From Octopus sinensis (Eukaryota), in contig NC_043003.1 of assembly GCF_006345805.1 (NCBI RefSeq), forward strand, positions 12,276,001-12,340,000: a stretch of 64,000 nucleotides of DNA, read 5' to 3'. A program made the position numbers and the translations under genes. Below are positions 11,530 to 24,532 of this stretch, piece after piece. Within the stretch, counting starts at the first letter, position 1, and every line of letters begins with the position of its first letter. The notes under the pieces were generated by a model. The model ran no database searches. It saw only the letters and a program-made list of their open reading frames with translations, and was not told where the DNA came from.

Positions 11530-12345
11530 AGGTGTGTGTATTATTATTGTCATTGCCATTTTTGCATCCATTTTGACATTATCGCATGGGTTGGGCAGGT
11601 CTTCTTCAACACAGTGTCTCACTACTCGTTATGGTCACTTGTCATCTCCTTTGTGAGTTTCAGCATCCTGGCATCGGATTTTAGCACTTCTGTCCTTGTC
11701 ATCTTCTTTCCCCAGTTCCCTAGTTTTGGGGATTTCTCGAACATTCTTCACTCAACTGTCATCCTACATACTCATTGCAAGTCTGAGCTAGTTTAGTCTC
11801 CTCTCTTGCACTCAGCCTCTGATTGCTCCAAAGCTAAATTTTCCTCCCATTTCATTTGTGCTTTTCTGTTCATGGTCACTAATATTACACCTCCAGCTGA
11901 ATGTGTTCACTCCATTTCTGGCCATCCTTCATGCAATCTCTGCATTCAGTGCTCATTGTTTCATTACTATGCATTATTCTATTTGTATACAAACATCATG
12001 CAATCTATCCTTCACTCAAAGAGAAAATTTTCCTTTACCAGCAAAGGCAGTAACCCTTTGAACTTTCTCCATCCCATTTTTCTTCATCTGTTCTGGCTTT
12101 CTGGCTGTTATACTTTCAGAGTACCTGCTTCTGTCAAGCAATTAGGCCACCTAGGTAGGAGAAGCTATGGACTACTTTTATGAAGCCTTCCAAACTTTTG
12201 AACAAGTTTACTTCATGAATACTTTTACTGCTAACTTCTCTCATACATCTATCTGTCACATACGATGTCTTCCTTTTCTGTCAGCCACACTGTGATCCCA
12301 TTGCACCTCTTGTGCACCCATAGTTTACATTGGATGCATCATCCT
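11530..12345 (-). pseudogene. decayed RTE LINE 3' portion
   Basis: - strand remnant TEVLKSDARMLKLTKEMTSDH..VLKKTCPTHA resembles the RTE C-terminus at 4900-5007; many stops. Confidence 0.65.
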
Positions 12346-12373
12346 CATCATTATCGTCATCATTTAACATTAT

Positions 12374-12752
12374 AGGTGTAGGAATGGCTGTGTGGTAAGT
12401 AGCTTGCTTACCAGCCACATGGTTCCGGGTTCAGTCCCACTGCATGGCACTTTGGGCAAGTGTCTTCTACTATAGCCTTGGGCAGACCAAAGTATTGTAA
12501 GTGGATTTGGTAGATGGAAACTGAAAGAAGCCTGTCATGTATATATATATATGTATATTTGTGTGTGTTTGTTCCCCCAACATTGCATGACCACTGATGC
12601 TGGTGTGTTTATATCCCTGTAACTTAGCAAGAAGAGACCGATAGTATAAGTACTAGGGTTACAAAGAATAAGTCCTGGGATCGATTTGCTCGACTAAAGG
12701 TGGTGCTGCAGCATGGCCGCAGTCAAATGACTGAAACAAGTAAAAGAATAAA
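12374..12752 (+). mobile_element. family A SINE, full length
   Basis: A-box-like TGGCTGTGTGGT, B-box-like GGTTCAGTCCC, core GGCACTTTGGGCAAGTGTCTT, (TA/TG)n, tail ..CTGAAACAAGTAAAAGAATAAA. Confidence 0.9.
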
Positions 12753-13712
12753 TGAATCTGTTTTCCAAGTTGGCATGAGTTGGAAGATTTGATAGGATCA
12801 AACAAGCTGCAGGGCTTCCTAATGCCAGCCACTTTACAGAGTACATGAGGAGAGGCTTTTTTCATGTCACCATTGCAGGGCATAGTTTCTGTGGCTGCAT
12901 GCCCTTCCTAATGCCAATCAATTTACAGCATGTGCCAGGTGCTTTTTTTCCATGCCAACAGCACTACTGAGGTTTCCTAGTAAGTTGCAAGAGAGGAAAA
13001 AACACTCCCTTCAGCTGAATGAGAGGGAGTATTTTGGAAGGATTAGTGGTTTCATGCCAGGTATCGAGAGGGATATGTACTGGTGTCTTGCCATAGAAAA
13101 GTACATATAAGTATACCACATAAAATTCTTACCTTTTCCTTTTTTGCATATCAAGCATAGCACATCTCAGGTGATAATAGAGTTCTGTCTTCTAGTAACT
13201 AGGACTTCTGACTTTGCTAATTTTACTTTGAAGCCTCTTGAATATCGGCTTTCCTTTTTTTCTAAATCTTTGATTCAGCTAGAAGACTAGGTTGCCGACA
13301 TACAGCAGTTCCCATGGATAGTTAGTCTTAAACTCTTCTGTTATAAATGAAATGAGGTAACATTAACTGGAGACAGAAACACTGTTGCAGTATTGCTTGT
13401 ACTTCTTGCTTTGTGGCAAACATCATATTTAGTTTGGAAATGGTGAAACAAAGTGGATTATGTCTTCTATAACTTTTGCATGGTGTTTCATAAAAAGTAC
13501 TTTCCACATTATTTTATTTTGTATAAATATAATTTTCTATTTTCATTTATCCAATTAATAATGTCTGTATCTGAAAGAACAGAACATCTCTTTGTTGCAT
13601 AATATAGAATATTATAACAGAAAACATCTTCAAGTTATTGATTCTTTGTTTCTCATTTTCATTATGGTAGATACACAGAAAAATAATGATACTGATCAAA
13701 ATACATGTTTAG

Positions 13713-13934
13713 CCCTTTTGATACCGACCTGGCTGAAACTGCCTCTAGCTCTGTAGTACAAATGTCTTGTTTTCAAAAGTTCTGAATTAAAATCTTCCAC
13801 CAAACTTTAGTCAAAATTTATGTTCCTAACACTAGCTTAATGATAACAAAGTTATTTTACTAAATTCTTGGTTCTATTTAAAATTAATTGAAAGAAACAC
13901 AGAGCATCTCAACAGAAATATTTTTAAAAAAGAG
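13713..13934. mobile_element. piggyBac-like MITE (type 1), diverged TSDs
   Basis: Body matches 1980-2178; TTAG at both flanks. Confidence 0.75.
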
Positions 13935-14381
13935 TTAGATGTTTTAACCAGAATGATTATTAAACAGAAATTCAATTATAATATACAAAACTTTTATTGT
14001 TAGCAATACTGTAGTGAAATATACTTGTAAAGGTTTTATTTAGCTGAAAAATCTAATGTATTTGTGTAGATATAAATATTACAGAAGAAGAGATGATCCA
14101 CAAGGGCTTTCTAGGGTTAAGCAATTTGAGAAAATTTAGCATTAACAGTGGTCACTGCTGCTACATCATATTGTCAAGGATAATTAAGATAATCTTGATC
14201 TGCTTTCCATAAATGTGATCTTTAAAAATGTATACTATGTTTCAAATAAACAAAAGTGACTACATTCACAAGCACATATAGACGTACAGACATACATGTT
14301 AATGATGTGTGCATGTAGGATTGGAATTAGTGTAAGGTTTTAATATTTTGTATTGTTATATGGGAAAAGGGTCTCATTGAA

Positions 14382-14865
14382 GATGAAAGGAAGGGTCTAT
14401 AGGAGTTGCATGAGAGTTGCTATGGGAGTAAGACATGGTGTCTGAGGGATAGAGAGATAGCAATTTTGAGAAGTACTGAGAGAGCAATGGTGAGAGAAAT
14501 GTGTGGTGTGAAGCTGTTTGATAAGAGGAGGACTGAGGACTTGATGGGGATGCTGGGGTTGAAAGAATAGGTGGAATGCTGGCAAGGGCATATGGAGTGC
14601 AGTGATATGGGCATGTGTTGAGGAGGGTGCTTGAGACTGGGGTAAATGGACTGAGAAAGCGAGGTAGGCCGAGGAAAACGTGGAGGGGACAGGTGGAGGA
14701 GGAGATTGGGAGGTTTGGCTTGGGAAGAGAAGAGAAGATGCCCAAAACTGGGTGAGATGGTGTATGGGTGGTTGCTATGGCATTGAGGTAGATCCATTCA
14801 CCCCCGTTAACAGGAACAAAACCTGGATTTAAAACACAGGATGATGAAGATTATGATGATGTAAT
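14382..14865 (+). pseudogene. RTE-clade LINE 3' end, frameshifted
   Basis: MKGRVYRSCMR..SKTWCLRDREIAILRSTERAMVREMCGVKLFDKRRTEDLMGMLGLKE and GHVLRR..KRGRPRKTWRGQVEEE; GAT-rich tail. Confidence 0.8.
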
Positions 14866-15417
14866 GGGATTGCAATGAAAATAAACTAACAATTGATGTT
14901 TATTTTGAATATATAATCTGTTCTTGACTATCATCTGGTAAAAACTCGATAAATATTACTTTCTATCAATATTGAGTTATAGTTTCCATATATTAAACTG
15001 CTGTTGCATTTCTTGCAATTAATTTTCATATATATTACCTGTCAATATTTGCTTTGTCAGCATGCAAAGTACAACTTTGGCAAACTTACCATTTGTCTGC
15101 TTTGCAGATCTGAATTACCAAGTGCATTGTGTGTGTGTGTCTGTGTGTGATAAATTAATCACCCTAAATAATAATAGTCTGTATTTGATTTTAAAGTACT
15201 TGTTTAATATTCATACTATATTTCATATTAATTGGTTTCATAGGCACAGTGCCAATTTTTTAAGAGAAGTGTATTGTTAATTGAGTCTATCACAATGTTA
15301 TTATTTTTTTCCTTTCTAGTTTTGGTAAACAGCCAGCAATTTTGAGAGGAAGGTGCAAGTTGATAACATTAACCCCTGGTACTTTATTGGTTCTTATTCT
15401 ATCAGCTTTATATATGA

Positions 15418-15781
15418 CTAACACTATGACCCAGCAACGCCAGGTCATAGTGCTAGTGCATACATATACAGCTGCATGCGTGCACACATACACGCAAGTC
15501 CTGTCCAAATCTCCAACCAATTACATACAGCTAACTGGCATTCAATTGGCGTATCAAGTTTCGGGCATTTTGATTGGGTTTTGGGATAGAAAATTCACCA
15601 AACATCACTTCTATTGATTTTTTAATGGCTTTGCTGGGTGACTGGGGAAATGTAAAGATGTGCACGACCACCCTTGGACGGTTTTGAATGACCATAGAAA
15701 GTGCGAGCTCTCTAACTGAAAAATTGTGCATTTGTATAAAGGACACACACTCAGACATTTTGCCATTTATCTATATAGAGA
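15418..15781 (-). mobile_element. non-autonomous Helitron
   Basis: A|TCTCTATAT 5' end, 3' hairpin CACTATGACC/GGTCATAGTG and TTAG|T end; second copy at 50180-50533. Confidence 0.75.
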
Positions 15782-15940
15782 TGGGCCTCCCCACAGTTTC
15801 TGCCTGCCAAATCCACTCACAAGGCATTGGTTGGCCCAGGGCTATAGTAGAAGACACTTGTTCAAGATTCTACTCAGTGGGGTTTGAACCTAAAACCATG
15901 TAGTTTCAAAGCAAGCTTCTTCACCACACAACCATGTACT
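15782..15940 (-). mobile_element. family A SINE 5' half
   Basis: Family homology; similar copy with shared flank at about 22260-22560. Confidence 0.7.
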
Positions 15941-16067
15941 TTTTCACCCATCTACTTGCTATAAGGTGAATTCCGGTTTAATTTCCCTTTTATATTTGAA
16001 AATAAGTCTCATATGGTAGACCAGATATTTGCTTCTTAGTAAGGTATTCATAGGTGACAGGTTTCTT

Positions 16068-16186
16068 CTGTATATTCAGTTGGTCTATTTTGCTGAATCA
16101 CTATGTTATGGTGACATAAACACACCAACATCTGTTGTCAAGCGATGATGACAGGTGGACAAACGCAGACACACAAACATATACAT

Positions 16187-16239
<53 letters not shown>

Positions 16240-16400
16240 ACAGACTTCCTTCAGTTTCCACCTACCAAATCCACTCACAAGATTTTGGTTGGCCCAAGGC
16301 TATTGTAGAAGACACTTCCATAAGGTGCCACACAGTGGGACCGAACCCCAAACCATGCGGTTGTGAAGCAAGCTTCTTACCACACAGCCATGCCTGTGCA
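16068..16400 (-). mobile_element. family A SINE
   Basis: Family homology; internal (CA)n(TA)n. Confidence 0.8.
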
Positions 16401-16829
16401 TATAGTATTATTAAGACTTATTTTAATGACTCAAAAGGATGACCTGTAAAGTCAAAACAATGTGGATTTAAATTTAGAAGATAGAAGCAACCCTAAAATA
16501 ATATAATGAATTTAGCCTGGCTCTGGCTAATGACCAGTCATTGCAGTGGAAGGACTAGTATGATTGTGATAACAGTTATAAATTAATGGCTCTTATTTTA
16601 TTGACATTAAGAAGGAGTAGTATTATTGTGATAACAGTTACTTAATGGCTCTTATTTTATTGACTTTAGATAAATAAAATCCAAACTGAACTTTGAGATT
16701 TTGAAGTCAGAATTTAGCAGGTGAAGACTAAATGCTGCAAGGTATTTGATACCATTAAATATACAATAATATAATAACAATAATAATTGAATCGAATAAG
16801 CTTAAAAATATGTCACCCTACAACAACCT

Positions 16830-17330
16830 GGATTAGAATGAGAGAGAAGGTGGTGAGATTCTAACATGGTGGGGTGAATGCTACTGAAAGTCAATCATCT
16901 GGATGGGGTGGAATCCAGGACTTTTGATTTGATTATTTGCTTTGGCAACAAAGTTGACAGCTACATGAAAAACAAGTGACGAGAGGGCATTTTTGAGGGC
17001 TTATGTTCCAAGGAATAAGGATTAAGCAAAGTAATCTAGTGTTGGGGCTAAAATTGATGATGAATGTTATAGATTAGTAGAAGAGATGATTAAGTGATGA
17101 GTGTCTGTCAGACCAATTATGAGGAGTAAAGACCAATGTGTGGTGACAGAAATAGATAAGGTCAAGAGATGAGATGAGATGAGACAATATGTCTGTGGTC
17201 CAGTGATTGGAGTATGTTGATGTGAATTAATACAAATCAACGGAGAGGATGTCTGTACATGCAGCAGCAGCAGTATCCCAAATATTGGAGTGGTATTCCA
17301 TTGTTAGTCATTTTAGAGAGTTTGTAATTG
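16830..17330 (-). pseudogene. highly decayed CR1/L2-like LINE remnant
   Basis: Weak RT C-terminal-like peptides on -; similar to about 30640-30830. Confidence 0.35.
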
Positions 17331-18002
17331 TTGAGAGCAAAAGAATTCTGTGGCTCTAAAAAAGATCAGTATTTGTGAGAAATTGTAGAATATTTTGGAA
17401 ATGTGTATTCTCCAAGAGACATGCTCAGAGATGGTGATGCCTAGCTTTTGTAGTGACCTTGAGAATTCTAGTTACATGTTATTTATGTGCAAAGAATGGT
17501 GGGTGGGAGGAAAGCGTCTTATTGACATGTGTAATGATTGTGTTAAAGGAGACAATTTTTGCCTCAGCCTCAAGCCATACAAATATTTCTGAATCACTGA
17601 ATTGATATGGAGAAAATTAGTTTTATTACTGAATCTTTCTTTCTTTAGATGCCATGTCCAGAATGTAGGACTTAGCTGATCATGTCTGACCACAATACTC
17701 TGTTCTTCATTGTTATAAACTCAAACTCAAATACCAAAGTTTAAAAGGTTTTAATCTACTAAAAATACAGCAATATACAATACAAACAAAAATTGCTGAA
17801 TTGTATGCAAAACCAAACTTCAACTCAATAACATTTTTTATGCAGCGAGTTTCTACATTCTTGACTAACTAAAATCAACGCTGAACATGTTGTTTGCAAA
17901 CAGAACAGAACTCCGTGCAGTCATACTACAGGCATATAATAGCAATCGAGACAATAAAAATCACGTAATCAAAACTAAAATCACAACATTCATTTTCTAT
18001 AA

Positions 18003-18150
18003 TAATTCCACTTCCTGATGTTTAATGCCTCTTTCTTCCATCCAGTTCATCAAGCTTAACATCCATATCATCCTTCCCCTGCTTCTTTTCCCTTCAGTTT
18101 TTCCAGCCATTGCTAAATTCACCAGGTCCTCTTTTCTTATCACATGACCA
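18003..18150 (-). pseudogene. RTE LINE ORF2 C-terminal fragment
   Basis: FLGHVIRKEDLVNLAMAGKTEGKRSRGRMIW matches the RTE motif GH..RK..L....GK.EGKR.RGR. Confidence 0.75.
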
Positions 18151-18477
18151 AGAAATGGATAGTCAAAATTTTGCGTAATATAAAAACTAAAAAAAAAAAC
18201 ATCATGCACCATACATTAAGATGTTTACTGGGTGTTTTTCTTTTCCTAATGAATATGTACACTGCATATAAATGTTACTTTTGTAAGCACATCTATTGGA
18301 ACTGTATTGTTTTGAACACCAGTCACAATGGAAGAATTGTTGTCCTGACAACTATCTAAATGGTAACATATTAAGAATATGATTTTTAGTCTGATTTCCA
18401 GTTGACACTCTTGCTCATTTATCGTTTATGTGATTTTTAAAATTTGTTTTTGTATGAACAATGTGAAAAGTTATATT

Positions 18478-18508
<31 letters not shown>

Positions 18509-19876
18509 AAGAAAGAGAGAGAAAGAGAGAGTGTGTGTTTGTGTTCATACAAACTTGTCTTATTTGAATTTCTCCTTTGCTTTCTTTGACAAGCTGAAAA
18601 GCTTATATAATTTCTGTTTCTGGACACTTTAGACTATATCATCTGCATTCTTTTGACAGTGTTAATGAATATTTCACGTTGGTTCTACTGAAACAAACCA
18701 ATAAATTATGAATTGTCCAATTGCATTGAGTACCAACTCAATGCATTTGGACAATCTATACTTTACAGCAGTCCAAATGTGCCAATGGGTTTGGCATATC
18801 AGTTTAGTTAAACTTTTCATTGTCCCACCAGCCTTCAAATCATGGCCATTTGTTCTTTCATTTTAGGCAAGCTGTCTTGAGATTTTTGATTTAAAACACA
18901 GCCAGCATTTTAGTGGTGATAAAAAGTTTTCCAAGATAAATCTATTTAGGTTCTAATGTTGAAGAGTTTTAAGAAACTAAACAGAAACCATCTTACTGGC
19001 TTGGCTGTCTCTTGCTTTTAGTTGGAATGAGTCATGGTATCACATAAATGGAACATAACAAATGATTGTCGGAATTTAATGCCTAGCAGCAGATAGGTCA
19101 GTTATTGTACTATAAAGAAAGGAAGTAAAGTATTGGGTTTTTTTTTTTTGGTTTTTTCCTATTAGATTCAATTATATAATGACTACCTTCTGAAGCAATG
19201 ATTCGATAGTGGTTCTCTTTTTAAAAGTAAAAGATTACCAGTGGGGGAGAAAAAGAAAAAGAATAATGTACACACACGCACACACATGTGTGTATGTGCA
19301 TGCATGTGTGTGTGTGTGTAATGCTAAACACAGTAATGCTAAACCAAGAACTGTAATGGTGCTGTAATTCTATCAAGGGGATAGTTCCCATCCATTTTGT
19401 GAAGAGAGAGAAAGTGTGACCCAGAGTAATAAAAAAAATATTCAAATAGTAGATAAATGAAAAAAAAAAAATGAAGTTATAAAAATACAAAGCTGCCAAT
19501 TACAGTGGTGAGAAAGAGGGTTGTTTTGTTTATTTTGTTTTATACGATGCTACTTATATAATATATCTGATGGTTCTTTTATTTTACTTTATCTCTTTAC
19601 TTTGCTTTTCTTTTCTTTTTTTTCAATTCTTGGGAATGAATTCAATTTAAGCAGATTGGCCATTTTATTTAATCTTGGGTGGAATTATCAATATAAAAAA
19701 AAATATATTATTTTTGTCTTACTTGTATCCAAAAATTTGATTTACTTTGAAGATTTAAAAGATTTTTTTTTCCTACTCTTGACTGATTTTTTACTTTGGT
19801 TTAGTTTCCAAATGCTAAAGAGTTGTCATGACTAGTTTATTTAAGAGTGTATATGTCTGCAACTGTAGCTGTGTGG

Positions 19877-19914
<38 letters not shown>

Positions 19915-20529
19915 TATATATATGCATGTTTTGTGTGTATTGTTTTATATATATATATGTTGAAGAGTAAAAAAAAAAAAGAGAAATAAATTATAGGTGA
20001 GGAAGCCTAGAATAATTGAAGCTGAAGAGTACTTTGCTGGTATCATATATTATTGAACGTTAAAGATTTTATCTACTCCAATGAACTTGAAACGAAGAGG
20101 AATCAGATTTCCTCTACCCACTCATCTCAGAATACTAAGGAAATCAATTCAGGACTGGTATTGTATTCTCTCAGTTCCCTTACATTTTCTTTTGAAATAT
20201 CTTAATGTACTTTGAAGATATCGGCATAGCAGTGTCAGACTAGAGAACATAAATAAATAAAATAATTTTTTTTTTTTGAAAACGTTACTCTGAATTTCCT
20301 GTAAAAAGATTCTATCAATTTATCTGTCTGTGTTTTTAAGTTTTGATAAAGAACAGAAATGCTGTGTTGATATGGTGGTGGGGATAGCAAGCAAGAAGAA
20401 CGGCTCCAGTCAATGGTTCTAATGTGTAAGTTTAACTGTCATAGACATGAGCCTGACACTCTTTTGAACACCATCCCAGGACATATTTGAATATGTATTT
20501 CAAAAAGAAAGACTGAATTGAAAATACCT

Positions 20530-21430
20530 GGAGAACAGTCTTCTGCGTACACTCTGCTTGTTAGTGGAATGTCACTGAGGCAAGAAGAAGTTTGTGTATC
20601 TCGGGGCTGCCATAATCATGAGTAATGAGAAATAAGAGGCTGGACTGGATGCTTGAATTGCAGGTACTGATACAGTAATGCACAAGCTCCAGCTCCATCT
20701 TTTGATCCTCAAAAGAGAAGAGATTGGAATAAAAGCCAAACTCTCTACCTTCGTTTTGGTTTTCATGCCTGTCCGTCCTCACCTATGGTCATGAATCATC
20801 ATCGTCATCATCATCATCATCATCATTTAGCGTCCGCTTTCCATGCTAGCATGGGTTGGACGGTTCAACTGGGGTCTGTGAAGCCAGAAGGCTGCATCAG
20901 GCCCAGTCTGATCTGGCAGTGTTTCTATGGCTGGATGCCCTTCCTAACGCCAACCACTCCGTGAGTGTAGTGGGTGCTTTTTACGTGCCACCCGCACAGG
21001 TGCCAAACGGAGCTGGCAAACGGCCACGAACGGATGGTGCTATGTGCCAACGGCACGGGGGCCAGGCGAGGCTGGCAATGCACACGAACGGACAAAATGG
21101 GGTTCCTCTGAAGGATCTCTGCAGTAACGTTACTCGACAGAGTGCCTTGCTTGGAGATCAGGGAGTCTCTGTGGTTTGAACTGCTACTTCTTTGCATTGA
21201 GAGGGCACAGCTCTTTGTACTATGGACATGTGATTAGAATGTCCTAGGAAAAGACTGCAGGACAAATTCTTCTTCAAGCTGAGCCAAACAACAGGAGACT
21301 TAAGGGTAGACCAAGAATGAGATGGTTGAATGATATCCATAATCTCAGTTGGTTGTGCTTGAGAATCCAGCCAGAAAGTCTAATGATGGTTGCTTCTGAT
21401 AGGGCTCTTCCTATGGAGGAGGTGTCTGAG
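20530..21430 (+). pseudogene. RTE LINE (Rex3/Expander-like) interrupted by a second RTE 3' UTR (about 20797-21095, -)
   Basis: KKFVYLG..KREEIGIKAKLS..VLTYGHE before the insert; MGFL*RISAVTLLDRV..IRESL..LLLLCIERAQL..YGHVIRM..KGRPRMRWLNDI after it. Confidence 0.8.
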
Positions 21431-22104
21431 GGCTCTACTCCAACAACCTTCCAAGGAATTGTGGGCAGAGAAGATGAACGGGTACATGGAAATGAAGGGT
21501 ATTAATCCCCCAAAAACACAGGGCTATTGTGTAATTAGCACAATTTAAAGATATTTAAATTCAATTACTCGTTAATATCAACCATATGGAACCAATATCA
21601 GATTTAGTTATCAGTATGTCAAGGACTACATGTTACATGTAAAAGCTACATGGAGTACTATTTCTTTAATTTTCCAGATTTTCCACTATCGGTCTTTGTT
21701 AAATTGACATTTCATTCCATAAGCATCTGTGATTTCCTTCCTCACACCATATGTATTAACTATCCTTTTGATATTTTGCATCCATTAGAGCTTTATAATG
21801 TTTGTTTATTTTATTAGAGTTCATTCATTTTCTCCTTTTGAAAAACCTTTTCCTAACATATGGGTTATTACTAATTCTTCAGTTCTTTTATTAATGACAT
21901 TTTTGAGTAAGTTTTACTCTGGCGAGGAATTTGAAGAATATACTGATACGCCTCAGTATTATTCTTAAAAATGTACTTCCTGAGGATTATCTTCTGTCGT
22001 TTATCTTTTACTTGTTTCAATAATTGGATTGAGGTTATACTGAGGTAATGCCTTGACAGATTTTAATTAAGCAAATCACTCTCGGTTTTTTTTTGTTTTT
22101 TTTT

Positions 22105-22415
22105 TTGGTTAAAATCTGATACTTACTCTATCAGTCATTTTTGTTGAACTGCTGGGTCATGAAGTCAAACCTCCCAATCAGTGGTTGTCAAGGGGTGGTG
22201 GTGAGGAGGGATTAACACAAATGCAAAGATGTGTGCACATGCGCATACATGCACATATGATGGGCTTCCCCACAGTTTCTGCCTACCATATCCACTCACA
22301 AGGCATTAGTTGACCCCAGCTACAGTAGAAGACACTTGTTCAAGGTGCTACTCAGTGGGGTTTGAACCTAAAACCTTGTAGTTTCAAAGCAAGCTTCCTA
22401 ACCACACAACCATGT
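22105..22415 (-). mobile_element. family A SINE, diverged
   Basis: Family homology. Confidence 0.7.
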
Positions 22416-22642
22416 GCTTTTTCACCCATCTACTTGCTGTAAGGTAAATTCACAGTGAATTCCGGTTTAATTTCCCTTTTGTATTTAAAAATAAGTCTCA
22501 TATGGTAGACCAGCTATTTGCTTCTTACTAATATATTCATAGGTGATGGGTTTCTTTTTTAAATGTTAATCCATTAGTGAAGATCATTAAAAAAAAAATT
22601 CATGTAGGCTTTTCACAATTCTTTTTTGATACTCATATGTTA

Positions 22643-22841
22643 CCCTTTGGATACCAACCTGCCCGAGACTTCTATGATACAAACTTTGTATATAAATTGA
22701 ATTAAATTAAAATTTAATGTTAATTTTATGTTCCAATTACCAGCTTCACAATAATCAAGATATTTTATTAAACTCTATTTTTTTCCAAAATTAGTTGAAA
22801 TAAATGTGGTGTAGTTCTATTAAAATATGGTTGCAAAAGGA
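22643..22841. mobile_element. diverged piggyBac-like MITE related to type 1
   Basis: CCCTTTGGATACCAACC start, TTTATGTTCCAATTACCAGCTT core, GCAAAAGG end. Confidence 0.5.
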
Positions 22842-23975
22842 CTAAACAGGGCCTCACGGTAGTTTGCTTTTAACACATGAACATCCTAACTTATCTTTCT
22901 ATTCTTTGGATTTGTTCCTCAATGAATGGCAACTACACAGCTAAGCCTGCATTAAACTCGTGTATAAATTCTTGGTTTTAAATCAAAGGAAATAGAAAAC
23001 CAGAGCAGCTATGTTTCTTATGCTGATTGTGAATGTTAAAATAACATTTTTCTTTTTATGCTCACAAGTCAATGATCTTTGCACTTAATTTTTTTTAAGT
23101 ATCAAGCTGTTATCAATCTAGACTTGTACAAAAAAATGAATTTCTGTATATTGAATGTAAACATTAGTATTAGATAGATAGTATATAAACAAAACAGTGG
23201 CACATTTAGAGTATGTGCTCTTGGAATAACTCTTGAGTTTGCCTGACTTATTGATAGCAGACCCAAAGGTGCTGCCCCATAAAATCGTCACTGCCCACCC
23301 AACTACACTAGTGAAACAGAACCAAATACATAAATAATCTGAAGCACACATTTTTTTTTCTTTTATGTAATGTCTACATTTCCTTGCAAGATAGAAACCT
23401 TCTAGCTTTATCCATCAAACAATCTTTTTTTTTTTTCTTTCAAGAATCTTTTGAAATTTTAGATAATTCAGTGAATTACTTAAATTGTTTTTTTTTAAGT
23501 CTTTGTTTTTCTTCCCAATCAATAAACCACTTTGTGGTAAGTGTTGTTTGCTTTTTATATCAGATATAATTTACATTGCTTTATTCACCTAAGAATTTCG
23601 TAGTTTACAAGCTAAGGGAAATAAACATAAAATCAGTAACTTTTTTTTCAATTTGTTCTCTCCCTTACTTCTCTGGCATCACTTTTTCTCCTTGATTAAC
23701 ACATCATTTCCATATTCAGATATTCAGTTATAGACACACAAAATATCTAAATCTAACTCCAGAACTATTTTATTTTGTTACATTTCTTACTGATAAAATC
23801 ACTGTGGAATAATTTTACATTACAATACAAACAAAAATTATTGCTGAAAAAGCAACAACTCTTATGAAGTGTGTGTGTGCATGTAAGTTATAATAATGTA
23901 ATAATGAAATTATTGTATCCAGTGCTCAGGTGCACCACAACTTGTCAGAAAGTGCATATAAGTTGTTTGGTTTTA

Positions 23976-24392
23976 TTGGGTTGTCCGAAAAGTTCATGCT
24001 GATTTATAGTAGCTTACCTTTCGACTTATTTTAGAACATGGTTTAGTCCATAAAATAGGATTTGACTACACCTCCATTTAAGCTATCTTTTTGTGGAAGA
24101 AGGAGTATGTTCCTATAACCTGTGTTAATTCTGTAACCCATTAAAATGGAAGATAAGAAAGTTCATTTTAAGCACTTGACACTTCGGGAACCAGACAAAA
24201 ATTGCTGCAGCTCGGCTGGGATGTGTTACCCCACCCTCCATATTCACCAGGTATTGCTCCTTCGGATTTCCACTTATTCAGGTCTCTGCAGAATAGTCTT
24301 AATGGTAAAAATTTCAATTCCTTGGATGACGTAAAAAGATACCTTGATGAATTCTTTGCCATGAAACCACCTCAATTCTGGGAAGATAGTAT
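23976..24392 (+). mobile_element. internally deleted mariner (Tc1/mariner) transposon
   Basis: TA + TIR-like TTGGGTTGTCCGAAAAGTT; start MEDKKVHFKH at 24146 fused to TRQKLLQLGWDVLPHPPYSPGIAPSDFHLFRSLQNSL, the mariner YSPDLAPSD-region motif. Confidence 0.9.
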
Positions 24393-24532
24393 TTTCGTCA
24401 TTGAAAGAGTTAAGCTAAGTAGACTGAGATAAGCTGAAAATTAAATAAGAATTCAAATTTCATTACAAACCTAAACTACATTTTGTAATGCCAAATCTTA
24501 ATGTTTCAAATAGTATCTCGGGGATTATTTCA

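Noticed and set aside
23118-23351. Minus-strand ORF, or a C2-domain-like SDDFMGQ motif in another frame
   Set aside because: Motif too short, followed by a stop, no good donor
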